Origin: Rickettsiales bacterium
Lineage (GTDB): Bacteria; Pseudomonadota; Alphaproteobacteria; Rickettsiales; UBA3002
Reading direction: 5' to 3'
DNA: 50,918 nucleotides
Assembly (NCBI GenBank): GCA_044341105.1
Contig: JBIISI010000003.1
Span: 1-50,918 of the forward strand
Below are positions 48,866 through 50,918 of the stretch, piece after piece. Under the pieces are notes generated by a model. That model saw only the letters and a list, made by a program, of their open reading frames with translations, ran no database searches and had not been told where the DNA came from. Position 1 is the first letter of the stretch. Every line of letters begins with the position of its first letter. The position numbers and the translations under genes are program-made.

Positions 48866-49472
48866 GCGGCGCATCGGGCTGCTTGGGGGCTCGTTCAACC
48901 CGGCGCATGCGGGGCACCTGCATATTTCGCTCGAGGCGCTGAAGCGCCTGAAGCTCGATGAAATCTGGTGGCTGGTTTCGCCGCAGAACCCGCTGAAATC
49001 GACCGACGGCATGGCAGATTACGCGACACGCCTGCGCTTCGCCCGCCAGCTTGCGCGCCACCCGCGCATTCGCGTGCTGGATATCGAGGCGCGGCAGGGG
49101 CTGTATTACACCATCGATACCGTGCGCTACCTCACGCGCCGCCAGCGCAACACGCAATTTGTGTGGCTGATGGGGGCCGATAACCTCGCGCATTTCCACC
49201 GCTGGCGGGCATGGCGGGAGATCGCCCGGCGGGTGCCGATTGCCGTGCTGGATCGCGCGCCCTATGCGCTGCGGGCCCTGCACGCACCGTTTGCGCGCAC
49301 ATTCCGTATGGCGCGCTTAGGCACAGCCCACGCCGCGTTATTGGCAGAAAACCCTTGCCCCGCATGGGTTTACCTGTCATTGCCCCGCCACCCGCTTTCC
49401 GCCACCTATTTGCGAAAAACACTTGGAAAAGCCGCCTTTGTGATTCATAATTACGTCATCGATCGCGCATAG
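48855..49472 (+). CDS. nadD: Nicotinate-nucleotide adenylyltransferase
   Basis: GGSFNPAHAGH, SPQNPLK, MGADN, LSATYLR. Confidence 0.96.
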   Translation: MPGKRRIGLLGGSFNPAHAGHLHISLEALKRLKLDEIWWLVSPQNPLKSTDGMADYATRLRFARQLARHPRIRVLDIEARQGLYYTIDTVRYLTRRQRNTQFVWLMGADNLAHFHRWRAWREIARRVPIAVLDRAPYALRALHAPFARTFRMARLGTAHAALLAENPCPAWVYLSLPRHPLSATYLRKTLGKAAFVIHNYVIDRA

Positions 49473-49475
49473 GAG

Positions 49476-49922
49476 ATGCTTACGTCGACCACCGTCAAAC
49501 GCGCTGTGAAAAACAGCACCGCTAAAAAGACCGTTGCCAAAAAAGCCGCCGCCAAACCTGCCAGCAGCCCCCAACCGTCGAAGCTCAATCCCGCCCTCAA
49601 ATGGCGGGACGCGATTGCGCACGCGCTCGATGAAAACAAAGCCGAGGACATCACCGTGCTCGATTTGAAGGATAAATGCTCCTTCACCGATTTCATGATC
49701 GTGGCCTCGGGCCGCAGCGCGCGCCATGTTGCGGCGCTGGCCGACCATGTGGTGGAAGGCGTGCGCAAGGCCGATGGGCATGTCATGTCGGTGGAAGGCA
49801 AGGAAACCGGCGACTGGGTGCTGATCGACGCAGGCGATGTGGTGGTGCATATCTTCCGCCCGGAAATCCGCCAGTTCTACAACATCGAGAAAATGTGGGC
49901 GATCCCGCTGCCTACTGCATAG
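49476..49922 (+). CDS. rsfS: Ribosome silencing factor
   Basis: KAEDI, ASGRSARHV, WVLIDAGDVVVHIF, FYNIEKMW. Confidence 0.96.
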   Translation: MLTSTTVKRAVKNSTAKKTVAKKAAAKPASSPQPSKLNPALKWRDAIAHALDENKAEDITVLDLKDKCSFTDFMIVASGRSARHVAALADHVVEGVRKADGHVMSVEGKETGDWVLIDAGDVVVHIFRPEIRQFYNIEKMWAIPLPTA

Positions 49923-49926
49923 GGCC

Positions 49927-50391
49927 ATGAAGATCATCATCGCCACGGTTGGCAAAGCGAAGAAGACCGCCGAAGCCGAACTGGTCGCGCGCTACCTGAA
50001 ACAAACCCGCTGGGACGTGACGCTGAAGGAAATTCCCGACGCGCCCTCAGGCCTGCCGAGCGCCGAGCGCAAACGCTGGGAAGCAGAGAAAATCGCCGCG
50101 CTGCTCGATGCCGACACCCGCCTCATCGCGCTCGACGGCAATGGCGAGCAGCTCACCAGCCCGCAATTCGCGCAGCTCATTTCCGGTGCGCAAAGCCAGT
50201 ATGTGAAACGCCTGCTGTTCGCCATCGGCGGGCAGGACGGGCTGGATACCAGCCTGCTGGGCGAGGCCAAACGCATCATCGCGTTCGGCAAGGCCACCTG
50301 GCCGCACCAGCTGGTGCGCGCGCTGCTGGCCGAGCAGGTTTACCGCGCCTACACACTCAGCATCGGCCACCCGTACCATAGCGGACACTAG
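49927..50391 (+). CDS. rlmH: 23S rRNA (pseudouridine1915-N3)-methyltransferase
   Basis: IGGQDG, TWPHQLVRALLAEQVYRA, HPYH. Confidence 0.96.
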   Translation: MKIIIATVGKAKKTAEAELVARYLKQTRWDVTLKEIPDAPSGLPSAERKRWEAEKIAALLDADTRLIALDGNGEQLTSPQFAQLISGAQSQYVKRLLFAIGGQDGLDTSLLGEAKRIIAFGKATWPHQLVRALLAEQVYRAYTLSIGHPYHSGH

Positions 50392-50448
50392 CGGCGCAGC
50401 GCGCCATTCCCCACTTGCAAGGATTGCTTGGGGTGCTACACCCAGAGC

Positions 50449-50918
50449 ATGACGAATACACCTGCAAAACCTGTCGTTTTATGCATCCTCGATGGCTGGG
50501 GCGAGCGCGAGGAAATGGCCGATAACGCCATCGCCCAGGCGCACACGCCGGTGATGGATGGGCTGCGCGCGACCTACCTGCGCGGCGTGCTTTCCGCTTC
50601 GGAGCAGGATGTGGGCCTGCCCAGCGGCCAGATGGGCAATTCCGAAGTGGGCCACATGAATATCGGCGCAGGCCGCGTGGTGATGCAGGACCTGCCACGC
50701 ATCGACGCCGCCATAGAAAGCGGCGCACTGGCAAAGAATGCTGCGCTGCAATCATTCATTGCTGCGCTGCAGCAAGGCGGCGGCACCGCGCATCTGCTCG
50801 GCCTCGCCTCCGACGGTGGGGTGCATGCGCATATCGCGCACATCGCGGCGCTCGCGGGGCTACTGAAAAACGCCGGCGTGAAGGTCGCGCTCCATCTGTT
50901 TACCGACGGGCGCGATGT
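50449..50918 (+). CDS. gpmI: 2,3-BPG-independent phosphoglycerate mutase (partial)
   Basis: Manual translation MTNTPAKPVVLCILDGWG...GLPSGQMGNSEVGHMNIGAGR...SDGGVHAH...TDGRD. Confidence 0.97.
   Translation, partial: MTNTPAKPVVLCILDGWGEREEMADNAIAQAHTPVMDGLRATYLRGVLSASEQDVGLPSGQMGNSEVGHMNIGAGRVVMQDLPRIDAAIESGALAKNAALQSFIAALQQGGGTAHLLGLASDGGVHAHIAHIAALAGLLKNAGVKVALHLFTDGRD

Noticed and set aside
42310-49012. Long antisense ORFs (42310-43914, 45532-47160, 47432-49012; also 32442-33926, 36326-37615)
   Set aside because: Shadow frames of GC-rich genes; the opposite strand encodes clear housekeeping proteins
1-50918. CRISPR array, rRNA or IS transposase
   Set aside because: No regularly spaced repeat-spacer array, rRNA-like sequence or transposase ORF seen

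Overview
Alphaproteobacterial chromosomal window with three zones. (1) 1-5890 has visibly lower GC (judged by eye). It carries a QseBC/PmrAB-type two-component system, pssA-psd and a divergent eptA(MCR-like)-dgkA pair, forming a self-contained lipid A phosphoethanolamine module with OmpR-type boxes. (2) About 5890-24705 is an ~18.8 kb integrative element in the 3' end of tRNA-Glu(TTC), with both att copies and integrase arm-type repeats visible. Its backbone is a P4-type integrase, an HTH regulator, AlpA and a primase-helicase, followed by an ori-like repeat region and a lambda-cosQ-like motif. No capsid, terminase or conjugation genes were seen, so it looks satellite-like. Cargo: a desaturase-GH3-enolase operon, an array of small exported proteins (LprI-like, Sel1; two frameshifted), a coupled helical-protein + PD-(D/E)xK nuclease pair (candidate defence system) and a C4/Ash-like antisense leader in front of a lipoprotein. 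(3) 24764-50918 is GC-rich housekeeping DNA: recJ, a pilin-like gene, glpX, hom, aminotransferase, phaC, gamma-CA, argC, rplM-rpsI, phoR-tspO-pstCAB, rplU-rpmA, obgE, proB, proA, nadD, rsfS, rlmH and gpmI. All calls come from motif recognition; no searches were run.
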